Positions 6,453-16,539 of a DNA stretch of 63,413 nt are shown here, piece after piece. Positions within the stretch are counted from its first letter, which is position 1, and every line of letters starts with the position of its first letter. The notes beneath the pieces were generated by a model. The model saw only the letters and a list, made by a program, of their open reading frames with translations. It ran no database searches and was not told the origin of the DNA. Both the position numbers and the translations under genes were made by a program. The stretch covers positions 1 to 63,413 of the forward strand of contig JAJDBG010000018.1 of assembly GCA_029261475.1 (NCBI GenBank), in the 5' to 3' direction. Source of the DNA: Nitrospinaceae bacterium. GTDB lineage: Bacteria > Nitrospinota > Nitrospinia > Nitrospinales > VA-1.

Positions 6453-9400
6453 TTATTTTAATAATACCATCTTGTGATTTGCAATAAATCCTTGTCGCGA
6501 CGTAATACGATAGATATAAACACCTGAGGCTACTGAATGGTTATTATGATCTTTTCCGTTCCAGTTAAAACTATATTTTCCATGTTCTATAATTCCAGAG
6601 AATAAAATATTAATTCGTTTGCCAAGTATGTTAAATATCTCAAGTGAAATGTCAGATTTTTTAGGAATTTCAATCGGAATAGTAGTATTCAGATTAAAGG
6701 GATTGGGATAGTTATTTCCTAACATAAATTGTTCAGGTAATAATTGACTCAATTTTTCTTGCACGGCTGTTTCTGTTCCTGCTACTATTGTAAATTGGTA
6801 TTTACTTGTTAATGGAATGAAATTGTAATTTGCTTGTTGCCTCAAATTAATCGAATCCCCACCTGATTCCACAAAAAGATATATTTCAAGAGACTGTGGT
6901 ATATTTTCTATTCCCAAGAATGAAAGTTGCGATGAAATTCCAGTTTGTGTTTTTGTACCGATTTCCCAGGTTTCGGACTGTTCAAACTGAGGGCGTATAT
7001 CAGTCGCGAAGGCTGAATAACTTCCATTTTGATTCTGATGGTAGAAATATACTGAAGGATAATCAATTGCAGCTCGTGGCTTACGAAAATCGAACTGATC
7101 GATTCCCTTTTGAGAATCTAAAGCAATCCCAAACGAAACTGTTTCGTCTACTAAACTTCCTGAACTATAACGAACATGAATGCGCCAAATTGCAGGATCA
7201 ACTACTTGTGCATTTCCATTTTCTTCAAAAAGCAATCTGTATGGTATTTTCAGAGAATCCAGATTAGTGGAATTTTCAAAATAATATCCTTTAAAGGGTT
7301 CAAAATTATTCGTTGTATCAAAGCTTTTATCAAAAGTCCAGAGAGGTATCAGTGAATTTGAATTCATTTCAACAATTTTTGACCAAGCTATTTTTTTATT
7401 GAAAGGATTTGAAATCAAATTCCATCCAGATTGAAGTGGTATACTTACTTCTTCATCAGCATTTAATGGTGCAGTATTCACTATCTCATTTTCAATAATA
7501 AAGTTGCCTTTATGTATCAGCCAAAAAGCTTTGCCAACAAAGAACTTATAATCCTTATTTCTTTCATAAGCGACAAGGTGATCATCACTAAAATTACCAT
7601 TGTCCCCATATAACTGCCAATCTTCTCCATGAATGCCTGAAATTAATTCATTAACAGGTTGATTACTTGCACCGGGTAAACCAATAATTTGATATTCTAT
7701 TGGATCATAATCAGAGGTTTTATTCTTCTCTGGATAAGAATAAGTATGAACTAATGTGTATGTTGAATCATAGGGTTCTAAAGTTTTAAAAGTTTGAGCA
7801 TTGCCTCGAATAGTATCGTTGTTTAATATAGCTAACATACGAAAATAATAATATGTATCTGGGATGAGTTTATGTAATTTAGCATTAACAGATACATCTT
7901 CTATCCCACTTGCAGTACTTTGATTTGCCTGGATTTCATTTCCATAACTTAATGTGTTTCCATATTCAAACAGTATACCTAGAGTATTGCCACCTGGATT
8001 CATTGTTCCATGGAGAGTGGCAATTTTTTGTCCTTTATTAGAAATACTATCCGTAGAAATAAATAATGATGACCCCATTAATGAAACATTAAATTCTTCT
8101 TTAACTGGATCGTTGCTAAAAATTCTAAAAGTCGCATCAATATTATCTACTGTTGATACTGCCAAATGAATACCCATTAAATGAGCTTCATCCGGGAGAA
8201 TAATTATAGGAAGTTGTCCATTGGATATTGAAAACAGTGTTGAACCCTGACCCAAAAATTCCGCTCTATCGATATTCAAAGCCTCGGCGCCTTCATTAGA
8301 AATAGTTAAACTGATAGTAGTATCAAAGGGAACTGCAAAAATGCCAAAGTCAATACTATCCGGTTCAACCGAGATAACTGGCGGTGCAATAATTCCTATC
8401 GCAATTAGCTCAACATCAGTCTGGCTTTCATCAAAATCGTTGCTAAAAATATTTAAACTAGCAGATTTTTCTCCAATCGATTGAGGTAAGAACTTTATTT
8501 CAATAATATGCGGATTTCCACCCCGTGCAATTGAAAACGGTTCCCCGCCTTTATCGATGCTGAATTGATCTGAGTTTTCGCCTGCAATTCTAACGCTATC
8601 AACGCTCAGAATATCTTCACCAACATTGCTGATTGTCACGATTTTTATAGAACTATCTTCCAAAAAAACATATCCAAAATTGAGTGTATCCGGATTGATG
8701 GCGATTTCCGGTCTCGCTTCTCTCACCGTTACATTAACAGGTCGACTGATGAGAGTTAATTTTGTGGCAACAGTATTAGTAATTTTACAAAAATAAGTTC
8801 CCATGTTAGAAAAATCAGCATTCTTAATTGTAAATGAACTTTTGGTAGAATCTATAATTTTTTGGTCATTTTTATACCATTGATACTGGTTATTTTCACC
8901 ACCTACCAAAACTAACAAACCTATGCGTTCCCCAACAATTACCGTCGTATCTAGACGTGTCCCAACACTATCTTGAGGCCAGTATATAACAGAATCCGGA
9001 AGATTAATATTGGGTTCTATATCCTCAAATGTAAACTCATTGTTTTGCATCTCAAGAATGTGTAATGTCGTAAGTAATTCCAATTCAGGTATGTCTTTGA
9101 ATTGGTTATTAGAAATATTTAGTGTGGATAAATTGATCAAGTCTTTAATCTGTGTCGGAATTACTCCCGCCAATTGATTTTTACTTAGATCCAAAATAAA
9201 CAAATCATCCAAACTTCCGATTGTTTCTGGCAATGCTCCTGATAACAAGTTGTTACTAAGTTTCAAAAATTCTAAATCAGTTAAACTGCCAATCTCGCCA
9301 GGCACGACTCCTACTATTCGATTTCCGCTAATATCCAACCATTCTAAATTATTGAGATTGCCAATTGATTCAGGTATCGCACCTGAAAGGTTATTACTCT

Positions 9401-11147
9401 GAAGCTCTAGTTTTTCCAAATATTGCAGATTGCCTATTGAAGATGGAATCGAGCCTTCGAATTCATTTAACCACAGTTGCAGTATTCTTAAATTTGTCAG
9501 ACCCTCAATTTTAGAAGGAATTTCGCCGATAAACTGATTACTTTCCAAATATATCTTTTCCAATTCTATTAATTTACAGATATACGAAAGGATTGGCCCA
9601 GAGAGTTGATTATTATTTAGGTTCAAAATTTGTAACTTAATAAGTGAAACAATTCTATCCGGAATTACGCCAGTTAGATTATTTTGACCTAACTCTAACC
9701 TTATTAATTCGGACAGATTTCCAATTTCAGGCGGTATTGGTCCAACTAGGTTGTTGTCGGATAATTTAATTTCCGTAATCCGTTCACCGGAGACGGTAAT
9801 TCCGTACCAGGTTGCTATTGAATCCTCAGATAACCAATTTCCGCTGCTATCCCAATCTGCACCATTGGTACTATTATACAAAGCTACTAAAGCAAGAGAG
9901 TCTTGCTGAAACGCTGGAAGCTCAACTGTTACATGAATAGGTCGGCTGAAAAGTACTAAGTCGGTTGCTATGGTGTTAGAAATTTGACATATATAAGTGC
10001 CGATATCAGAATAATCCACATGTTCTTTGGAATATATGTCTTTTGTTGCTCCGGGAATTTGATTTCCATCATGATACCATTGATATTGATTATTTATACC
10101 CCCAACAGTGACTAAAATTGTTAAACTTGAATCGGTTTTCACGACTATATCTTGTTCGGTTCCAACTCTGTCCTGAGGAGCGTAGACAAAAGCAGGTATA
10201 TTAATATTAGGCTCTATATCTTCAAAAGTGAACTTGTTCTCTTGGATATACAAAGAAACTAATCTTGGTAAAGAGAAACCAGGTAATTCTGTAAATTGAT
10301 TTGAGTGAATATCGAATGACCCCAAATTGTTGAGATTACCGATTTCTGGGGGAATAGAACCAAGAAAAATATTATCGCCTAAATCCAAAATATTTAGATT
10401 GCTAAGATTTCCGATTTCTGGGGGAATAGAACCAGAGAGATTATTAGAGCTTAAATCCAACCATGCTAATCTATTCAGATTATAGAATTCGGGGGGAATT
10501 GATCCAGTAAGTTGATTATTGTTAATGGTTAACACTTGTAATTTCAGTAAACTGCCAATCGCTGGTGAAATTACTCCTGAAAATTGATTGGAACCAAGAA
10601 GTAAATTAGTCAATTGAGCTAGAAAAGCAATTTCAAATGGAATCGAAGCAGAAAGATTATTAGACGATAGATCTAAATGAGTTAAATTGCTTAGATTACC
10701 AATTTCTGAGGGAATAGAACCAGAAAGATTATTAGACTCTAAATCCAACCCCTCTAAGTTACTTAGATTTCCGATTTCTGGAGGAATAGAACCAACTAAT
10801 ACGTTTTCATATAATACTATTTCAATAACACGTTCATCAAAAATAGTAATTCCATACCATGTTTCAAGAGGTTCATTAGTCAGCCAGTTAGTTTTGATTT
10901 TCCAAGTTGGACCATTAGTACTATCATACAAAGCAACCAGCGCCAAAGAATCTGTTTGGCGAGATAAGTCTGCGTTTGTTTCCCCTATTGTCAAAAAAAC
11001 ATTAGTATTCACATTTCCAGAATCAGCCTCTGTAAAGGTTGTTTGAGCTTGAAGGAGGGCATTAAAAAGAAAACAAACCCCAAAAAGTACAAACAACTTC
11101 TTAGTACTTTTTTTTATAAGAACACCTTTCATTTCGTAACCCTTCAA
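6453..11147 (-). CDS. Giant secreted leucine-rich-repeat / Ig-like surface protein with T9SS-type C-terminal sorting domain
   Basis: 1564 aa with a signal peptide. A supermodule is duplicated: cap DSLALVALY(D/N)STNG...TWYGIT, then 24-residue LRRs of plant type (LxxLxLxxNxLSGxIPxEIGNLxNL), then FTFEDIEPNIN, then an Ig-like NQYQWY...GTY(I/F)C. Beta-rich domains follow, and the C-terminus reads NYPNPFNLNTTIPIEIP...GVYIYRI...MVLLK. Confidence 0.9.
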   Translation of the reverse strand: MKGYEMKGVLIKKSTKKLFVLFGVCFLFNALLQAQTTFTEADSGNVNTNVFLTIGETNADLSRQTDSLALVALYDSTNGPTWKIKTNWLTNEPLETWYGITIFDERVIEIVLYENVLVGSIPPEIGNLSNLEGLDLESNNLSGSIPSEIGNLSNLTHLDLSSNNLSASIPFEIAFLAQLTNLLLGSNQFSGVISPAIGSLLKLQVLTINNNQLTGSIPPEFYNLNRLAWLDLSSNNLSGSIPPEIGNLSNLNILDLGDNIFLGSIPPEIGNLNNLGSFDIHSNQFTELPGFSLPRLVSLYIQENKFTFEDIEPNINIPAFVYAPQDRVGTEQDIVVKTDSSLTILVTVGGINNQYQWYHDGNQIPGATKDIYSKEHVDYSDIGTYICQISNTIATDLVLFSRPIHVTVELPAFQQDSLALVALYNSTNGADWDSSGNWLSEDSIATWYGITVSGERITEIKLSDNNLVGPIPPEIGNLSELIRLELGQNNLTGVIPDRIVSLIKLQILNLNNNQLSGPILSYICKLIELEKIYLESNQFIGEIPSKIEGLTNLRILQLWLNEFEGSIPSSIGNLQYLEKLELQSNNLSGAIPESIGNLNNLEWLDISGNRIVGVVPGEIGSLTDLEFLKLSNNLLSGALPETIGSLDDLFILDLSKNQLAGVIPTQIKDLINLSTLNISNNQFKDIPELELLTTLHILEMQNNEFTFEDIEPNINLPDSVIYWPQDSVGTRLDTTVIVGERIGLLVLVGGENNQYQWYKNDQKIIDSTKSSFTIKNADFSNMGTYFCKITNTVATKLTLISRPVNVTVREARPEIAINPDTLNFGYVFLEDSSIKIVTISNVGEDILSVDSVRIAGENSDQFSIDKGGEPFSIARGGNPHIIEIKFLPQSIGEKSASLNIFSNDFDESQTDVELIAIGIIAPPVISVEPDSIDFGIFAVPFDTTISLTISNEGAEALNIDRAEFLGQGSTLFSISNGQLPIIILPDEAHLMGIHLAVSTVDNIDATFRIFSNDPVKEEFNVSLMGSSLFISTDSISNKGQKIATLHGTMNPGGNTLGILFEYGNTLSYGNEIQANQSTASGIEDVSVNAKLHKLIPDTYYYFRMLAILNNDTIRGNAQTFKTLEPYDSTYTLVHTYSYPEKNKTSDYDPIEYQIIGLPGASNQPVNELISGIHGEDWQLYGDNGNFSDDHLVAYERNKDYKFFVGKAFWLIHKGNFIIENEIVNTAPLNADEEVSIPLQSGWNLISNPFNKKIAWSKIVEMNSNSLIPLWTFDKSFDTTNNFEPFKGYYFENSTNLDSLKIPYRLLFEENGNAQVVDPAIWRIHVRYSSGSLVDETVSFGIALDSQKGIDQFDFRKPRAAIDYPSVYFYHQNQNGSYSAFATDIRPQFEQSETWEIGTKTQTGISSQLSFLGIENIPQSLEIYLFVESGGDSINLRQQANYNFIPLTSKYQFTIVAGTETAVQEKLSQLLPEQFMLGNNYPNPFNLNTTIPIEIPKKSDISLEIFNILGKRINILFSGIIEHGKYSFNWNGKDHNNHSVASGVYIYRITSRQGFIANHKMVLLK

Positions 11148-11178
11148 GAATAGTTTCTCAAATTAATCAAACTACTTT

Positions 11179-12249
11179 TTATTGTGGTGGTGGAGGATAA
11201 GTGTCTGCAGTAGATGGTTCAAGTAAAATCGTCATGATAATCCCAGTTGCTAAACCAGCGGCTATATAGACTCTCCCATCCTTATAGAATTTATACTTTT
11301 TTTCCCTAAGCTCAATTTCAAGTTTTTGTAAATCATCACTGTTTATCTCTACTCTTTTTTTGTATTTCTCGTATCCATCTTTTTCAATTTCAATCAAATA
11401 CTCGCCTGGTTTAACATAAATATGTAAGTTACTAAAACCTATCTTTACACCATCTAATTTTACAATTGCATTTTCTGGTTGAGTTTCAACAGTTAAGCGG
11501 GCAAAACCATACCCGAATGGCAAGTTTTTTTCATCAAACCATTTCTTTATCTTATTAAGAGATATTCCGATACCGCCATTTAAACCACTGCCCTCAACTA
11601 TAACACCTACAATTTCATGTGGTGTAATTAAAGGTGCCCCTGACAAACCTTCTGTAATTCGCAGTGTTTCAACATCGATTGTTTCCTCAAATTCATTTAT
11701 TGAAATACCACCCGAGGAAGCATCAAGAGTTACGTCCCAGTTCTTATGAGGATTAACAGTCCATACTTTTTCGTTGTCATACGACGATTTTTCCACATTT
11801 TCAACCAACTGATTTTTTTTCCAATATAGCTTATTTGGTTTTTTAGCAGTTATAATAGCCCAATCCGAATTTCTAGTCTTTCCATCATAAGCTGAATGTT
11901 CTATTGAAATACAATCAGTTACTTCTATGATGTTATAAAAAGAGATTTTTATACAATCATTAAACTTAATATCTGGTTTGTTACATGCCTCTATCACATG
12001 CCCTGCTGTTGCAATATATAAAATACTATCTTTCTCACCAATTATTAGTCCAGAACCTTCTTTGTTACTCTCAGTATTTTTTATTTTTACAACATTGTCA
12101 CGGAGAGCTTTGGCAAGTTCTCTACCATCTAACTCTCGCGCTGCCGGGGCATTTAAACTAGCTGCACAACTAAATATACTAATAGAGAGTATCATAGTTA
12201 TCCATGCAAGAAGAATATGTGTTAAACTAGCCACTTGTAATGCTTTCAT
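11179..12249 (-). CDS. Trypsin-like serine protease fused to a PEGA domain and C-terminal TM anchor
   Basis: Catalytic triad context: ATAGHVI (His), DWAIITA (Asp), GLSGAPLI (Ser). PEGA-like VETQPENAIVKLDGVKIG...GEYLIEIEKDGYEKY. Lipoprotein-like ISIFSC. I prefer the ATG at 12249, which forms an ATGA overlap with the upstream stop, over the track start at 12294. Confidence 0.75.
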   Translation of the reverse strand: MKALQVASLTHILLAWITMILSISIFSCAASLNAPAARELDGRELAKALRDNVVKIKNTESNKEGSGLIIGEKDSILYIATAGHVIEACNKPDIKFNDCIKISFYNIIEVTDCISIEHSAYDGKTRNSDWAIITAKKPNKLYWKKNQLVENVEKSSYDNEKVWTVNPHKNWDVTLDASSGGISINEFEETIDVETLRITEGLSGAPLITPHEIVGVIVEGSGLNGGIGISLNKIKKWFDEKNLPFGYGFARLTVETQPENAIVKLDGVKIGFSNLHIYVKPGEYLIEIEKDGYEKYKKRVEINSDDLQKLEIELREKKYKFYKDGRVYIAAGLATGIIMTILLEPSTADTYPPPPQ

Positions 12250-13181
12250 TGCTTCTCTGTCATAAGCTTTTTCAGCCCCCAAAAGAAAGGCCATAATGCA
12301 ATAATTATAGTTAATAAAAGCTTTAAAGTCTCGTTATAGTAAAAATATTGAAGAAGAGATGGACGCAGATCTTTCTCAAAATTCTCTGGGCCTACCATTA
12401 GCTTTCCTACAGTTCCAACAAAAAGGAAACGAAGCTTATAATTTCCATCCTGATAAATTGCTACTTTTTCACTCTTCACCTTTCCAAGTAATAAATGATC
12501 TTTGTCATATAACTGAATAATTAAAGGGATATTATGTAATCTTATTGTACCGTTCTGAATTGTAGATTTAAATATTGATGATTTCTTTTCTTCAAAAAAG
12601 CTTACGGTGTTAATGGATAAACCTTGTAACTGAAAGTCATTGACGCCTTCAAATTTTATATAAGAAGGCACCATTCTCAAATCGTCCGCCCTAAAATAAA
12701 TATCTTCAGGAATTGTGAAGTGTTTGTAAACAGAATTTCTATTTACCATGTAGGTTGAACTATCTGCCAATGAAATAACGCTATTGAAATTACTGCCTTT
12801 AACAAAAAATTCAACTCTATTTTTATTTAAACGAACACTTAATTCCCCTTTATTATTCATGGAGATTTTTTTTAGAGAGATCCTCTTGCTTGCTGCTTCA
12901 AATTGTGAACTTTTATCTTGACTTGAATCTAAAACCCCTGAAAATGGAGACCTTACTTCATCGAGATATTTAATCGCTATTCTTTTTGCAGACAATATAT
13001 CATTGCTAGTAAAATCTTGCTCCAAGTTCAATGTCAGGTAATCACATGTAAGGTCTATAGTAACGCCAGTACTGTTAAGTCTGATAAATAAGAGTACACA
13101 TGCTATCATTACGCAGATTAATCCAAAGATCAATCTTACTTTTAAATCAAGAATATTTTTATATAACGTTTTTATTGTCAT
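12246..13181 (-). CDS. Hypothetical membrane protein (N- and C-terminal TM helices)
   Basis: 311-aa ORF with ATGA-type 4-nt overlaps to both neighbours. No recognisable motif. Confidence 0.6.
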   Translation of the reverse strand: MTIKTLYKNILDLKVRLIFGLICVMIACVLLFIRLNSTGVTIDLTCDYLTLNLEQDFTSNDILSAKRIAIKYLDEVRSPFSGVLDSSQDKSSQFEAASKRISLKKISMNNKGELSVRLNKNRVEFFVKGSNFNSVISLADSSTYMVNRNSVYKHFTIPEDIYFRADDLRMVPSYIKFEGVNDFQLQGLSINTVSFFEEKKSSIFKSTIQNGTIRLHNIPLIIQLYDKDHLLLGKVKSEKVAIYQDGNYKLRFLFVGTVGKLMVGPENFEKDLRPSLLQYFYYNETLKLLLTIIIALWPFFWGLKKLMTEKQ

Positions 13182-13975
13182 CGTTCTAAATTGGGCACCA
13201 ATAGTGTCAGTATTAGATTAGACCAGTCATTTGCATTTTGATTTATAACTTGTGTGGCAATTTCTATTCTTATTTCCCCTGAATAAACGTTGGGTATGAT
13301 AATCTTAATTGCGTCTCCTGCATATGCAAAATTTATGTCTGCCCTTCGCCAATCTTGCTGTAAGTCTACTAAGCGATTATTTAGATAATATGATAATATG
13401 CGCCAATTAATATTTGTTACATCTGTAACAGAACGTATGGTAAGAATAATCTTTGTTGAATCTTCTAACATTTGATTGTTACTGTTCAATGTGTTACGAA
13501 TTCTTAGAGGAATATAGGTTTTATCTGCCCCAGATTTAATCCATCCAAAAACTCCAATCAATCTTGCATACAATCCTGCTGGAACAATTACGTCTTTTAG
13601 TGGCCAAAGAAGGGACGAGGATTTACCTAACTCCGCACCCATGCGATAAAAAACCCCTAGAGGAATGGCCATTGCTGTAATATTCATATTCAAATGCATT
13701 GGAGAAGAAACTTCCAGGATGACATCGTAATTAAGATTATAATTAAGTTCTCCAACTAAAAAAGATACTACTTCTAAATTACCAGAAACAGGACTTCTAT
13801 AAAAACCTTCACATCGCACTGAATTACCATATTTGCGTATCTGATACGAGAATTCATCATCGTCAATCGGTGATAATATTGGTCTACATTGATTATCTTG
13901 TGCGAATGAGGCATTCATTAGGGAAAGAAAACATAGTAGAAAAAGTATAGTTCGACGAAGAATCAAATTGTTCAT
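13178..13975 (-). CDS. Hypothetical secreted protein
   Basis: 265-aa ORF with signal peptide MNNLILRRTILFLLCFLSLMNASFAQ. First gene of the coupled three-gene operon. Confidence 0.6.
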   Translation of the reverse strand: MNNLILRRTILFLLCFLSLMNASFAQDNQCRPILSPIDDDEFSYQIRKYGNSVRCEGFYRSPVSGNLEVVSFLVGELNYNLNYDVILEVSSPMHLNMNITAMAIPLGVFYRMGAELGKSSSLLWPLKDVIVPAGLYARLIGVFGWIKSGADKTYIPLRIRNTLNSNNQMLEDSTKIILTIRSVTDVTNINWRILSYYLNNRLVDLQQDWRRADINFAYAGDAIKIIIPNVYSGEIRIEIATQVINQNANDWSNLILTLLVPNLER

Positions 13976-14120
13976 ATCTTACCCTTTATTGAAAACTTTC
14001 ATAAAAAGGCCGAATTCTTTTAGTAATGATATTTTTGAGCTTTCAATTGACCTCAATGAACTGATAAATATTTAAACCGGTCAAAATTCAAATTTTTGTA
14101 ACATTAATAAGAATATCCAT

Positions 14121-14238
14121 AATTGGTATACATTTGTATGGCTATAAGGGACGATTCAAATGATGTTAGGAGAAATGTCCTATATCTCCCATTTCAATAT
14201 AAATTCATGGATAATTACATGCAACGAAAAAATGGAGG
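14121..14238 (+). repeat. Intergenic module, copy 1 (partner at 22025-22176)
   Basis: Blocks shared in the same order and orientation: AATTGGTATACAT, GATGATG(T/C)TAGG, AGAAATGTC(C/T)TAT(A/G)TCTCCCATTTCA, TATAAATTC, AATTACATGCAAC(G/T)AAAAAATG. Confidence 0.7.
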
Positions 14239-14322
14239 ATGTCGGGTGTTGAACTCTAAACTCTAAAGAAATAGTCGCATAGTGCTGAAGCAGGACAGTA
14301 GGCTAATTTGCGGGGTCAAAAA

Positions 14323-14381
14323 TTGCTACCATTTGTGTAAAAGTTGAGTAAGTGTTTGAGAAATTTACGCTTAAGCTGTAC
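14323..14381 (+). repeat. ~60-nt intergenic module, copy 2 (partner at 5626-5686)
   Basis: See the feature at 5626-5686. Confidence 0.7.
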
Positions 14382-14489
14382 TATATATTAATTTTTTTCC
14401 TCATGAAAAATGGCCTTTAATGATTGAACTATGCAGCGTTTATTCGCGTCCGTACTACCGGTGATTGTCTAGCATTTAACCAATATTCA

Positions 14490-15047
14490 TCAATTAAATT
14501 GGATAGCGATATATATCACCAATAATGCAATTAGTGGAAAAAATGATATTACAAAAAGCTTCAGAGCTTTTCTCATGTATTCATACATCTTTCGGTACAA
14601 ATTATACGTTCCCCACATCTCCATAATAGCAAAGGATAGTTCAGATTCTTTTTCAATAGAATTGATAGAATCAAGTAACTGATTTGGTGTTTTAAATGTT
14701 CTTATTGTATCTCTGGCATTGTAATAAAGCCTTTCTGAGCCATCTTGGGATAAACTTATCTCTTCTCCAATCGGCCTCCAAATGCTGGCAATTGCATTAA
14801 GGCACCATACTATTGATATTAAGAGGAAAACAATTGTCATAGAAACGAAAAGAATATAGAGAAGCATCTCTATCAAAGTCAATTGATTGAGTTTATTAAG
14901 TGATTTGTCCAAAATGAATAGAACTAAAGTTATAATAACTGCATCAGCGCTCAAAATAATTGCCGCTCTGTTTGATGTTGAACCACGAAGAGTATCATGA
15001 CGTATTATTAGCCATCGACAAAGATCAATTTTTTCATCAATATTCAT
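14490..15047 (-). CDS. Hypothetical small integral membrane protein (three predicted TM helices)
   Basis: 185-aa ORF. Hydrophobic stretches AAIILSADAVIITLVLFIL, LLYILFVSMTIVFLLISIVWCL, LFVISFFPLIALLVIYIAIQF. No catalytic motif. Confidence 0.55.
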   Translation of the reverse strand: MNIDEKIDLCRWLIIRHDTLRGSTSNRAAIILSADAVIITLVLFILDKSLNKLNQLTLIEMLLYILFVSMTIVFLLISIVWCLNAIASIWRPIGEEISLSQDGSERLYYNARDTIRTFKTPNQLLDSINSIEKESELSFAIMEMWGTYNLYRKMYEYMRKALKLFVISFFPLIALLVIYIAIQFN

Positions 15048-15334
15048 AAATTTAATCCCATGCTAACTTAATATTTGAGCGGTGAACGTTTTATAATCAC
15101 CTGACATACTATGTGATATTTTGAGAATCGCTTCCTTCGGTAAATCAGAGAATAGTACGCCCATTTGAGGATTATAGCAATGCAAACATCACCAGAGAAA
15201 TCTTTTCTGTATTCTTAAATTTTTAAAAACTTTTCAGCTTTAACCCCGAAATCATTCTCCAATCCACCCGTAAGATAATATTAAATGGACTAAATCGACG
15301 GGCTTTTGAGGAAAACGTGTAAGATTGGGTTCAC

Positions 15335-16222
15335 TTACTTTACAAAAAGCTGAAAAATAGCCACAAACTCTGAAATGGCACCATCCCGGATGATGATATT
15401 GGGTTGAAATTTAATAGATCTGTCGGCGAAGAGTTGAGCTCCTAAAGTCAATTCTAGTCCACTGTCCTGCTTCAATTGGTGAACACGTGCGGTGAACTGG
15501 AGGGTTTGGCTAAAATCATATAGACCAGAGAGAAACCATCCATTTTCATTGAGATCTTCTCTTCTGAAGTAGAGTACCTGTAGGTTCAGCTTTTTTAATG
15601 GCGACCAGATTATATGACCGAAACCGCCACTCCTGTTGCCGCTCGGTTGCTTACCGGCCTGCCAGCACAAGTTTAACGAAAATGATCGCTTGGGCTGAAA
15701 CGATAGATAGCCAACAAAGTCTTTAGCGGCGTTATTATCTGACTTGTTTGGCCCAGCGCCATTAATTATGCATGTGTAGTAAGATAAGGTACCAATCTTT
15801 CCTAAAACCGCTACACCGACATCATTAAAGGTAGGAGTATAATGTGGCAGTAGAGCATAATAGACGAAATTCTTATGCTCTAGTGCCGGTTCACCAAACT
15901 TCATCGGATTTGAAAACTGCCCTACTCTAAATTTAAGAAAGTCTTCCAAAGAATAATCCATATATAGCCGTATTATCGGATTACCAGAAGTCGCTGCCAG
16001 TTCAGCACTAAAGCTTGTTTGTTCAGTGTACATCCCCTTCACAAAAGCCCTTGCAAGTGGCATATCAAAACTTTCGTTAATGCTACTGTACATCACTTGA
16101 AAATACCCTTGTGTGTTAATAACCCAGTTCTGGTTAATCTGGGTATTTGTCGAATCACCTGCATACAAAGAGTTATATAGTATTAATGCAGTAACTATCA
16201 GTGGCAACTGTTTTCGGTGCAC
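15335..16222 (-). CDS. Outer-membrane beta-barrel, porin-like protein
   Basis: 295 aa with a signal peptide and alternating hydrophobic beta-strand pattern throughout. General resemblance to phosphate-selective porin O/P-type barrels (weak). Confidence 0.5.
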   Translation of the reverse strand: MHRKQLPLIVTALILYNSLYAGDSTNTQINQNWVINTQGYFQVMYSSINESFDMPLARAFVKGMYTEQTSFSAELAATSGNPIIRLYMDYSLEDFLKFRVGQFSNPMKFGEPALEHKNFVYYALLPHYTPTFNDVGVAVLGKIGTLSYYTCIINGAGPNKSDNNAAKDFVGYLSFQPKRSFSLNLCWQAGKQPSGNRSGGFGHIIWSPLKKLNLQVLYFRREDLNENGWFLSGLYDFSQTLQFTARVHQLKQDSGLELTLGAQLFADRSIKFQPNIIIRDGAISEFVAIFQLFVK

Positions 16223-16539
16223 ATCTACGCTCCGTTTCTGTGTATGAAATTACATTACTTGCACATTGCGGATTCTCTCAAAAAGTCAGAGTTTTGATTA
16301 TGTAGACTTTTTGATCATTCTATGGAAAATGTGGCTCGCTTCGGCCAAAATATTAGACGTTCTTTGCAAGTGTTAGTGATTAAGCAAGTATGGGTGTGTC
16401 CTTAGAGGTTTTCTTTGTTTGCCACTGGTAGCCCACAAAGAAGCGATGTATTATTGAGTTCAAAAGCATCTGTTCTATATTATTTAATTGAGCCAATACC
16501 TTTATTGTAATTATCAGAGCTATTGAAGCCAAACTGGCT

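Noticed and set aside
11179-12294. Longer start (12294) for the trypsin-PEGA gene
   Set aside because: It would overlap the upstream gene by 49 nt. The ATG at 12249 gives an ATGA overlap and starts right at the signal/lipoprotein sequence.
14121-14140. TTGGTATACATTTGTA / TTGGTATACATATGCTTG in the repeat modules as sigma-54 promoters
   Set aside because: The GG-to-GC spacing is one base short in copy 2, the GC is absent in copy 1, and no plus-strand gene follows.
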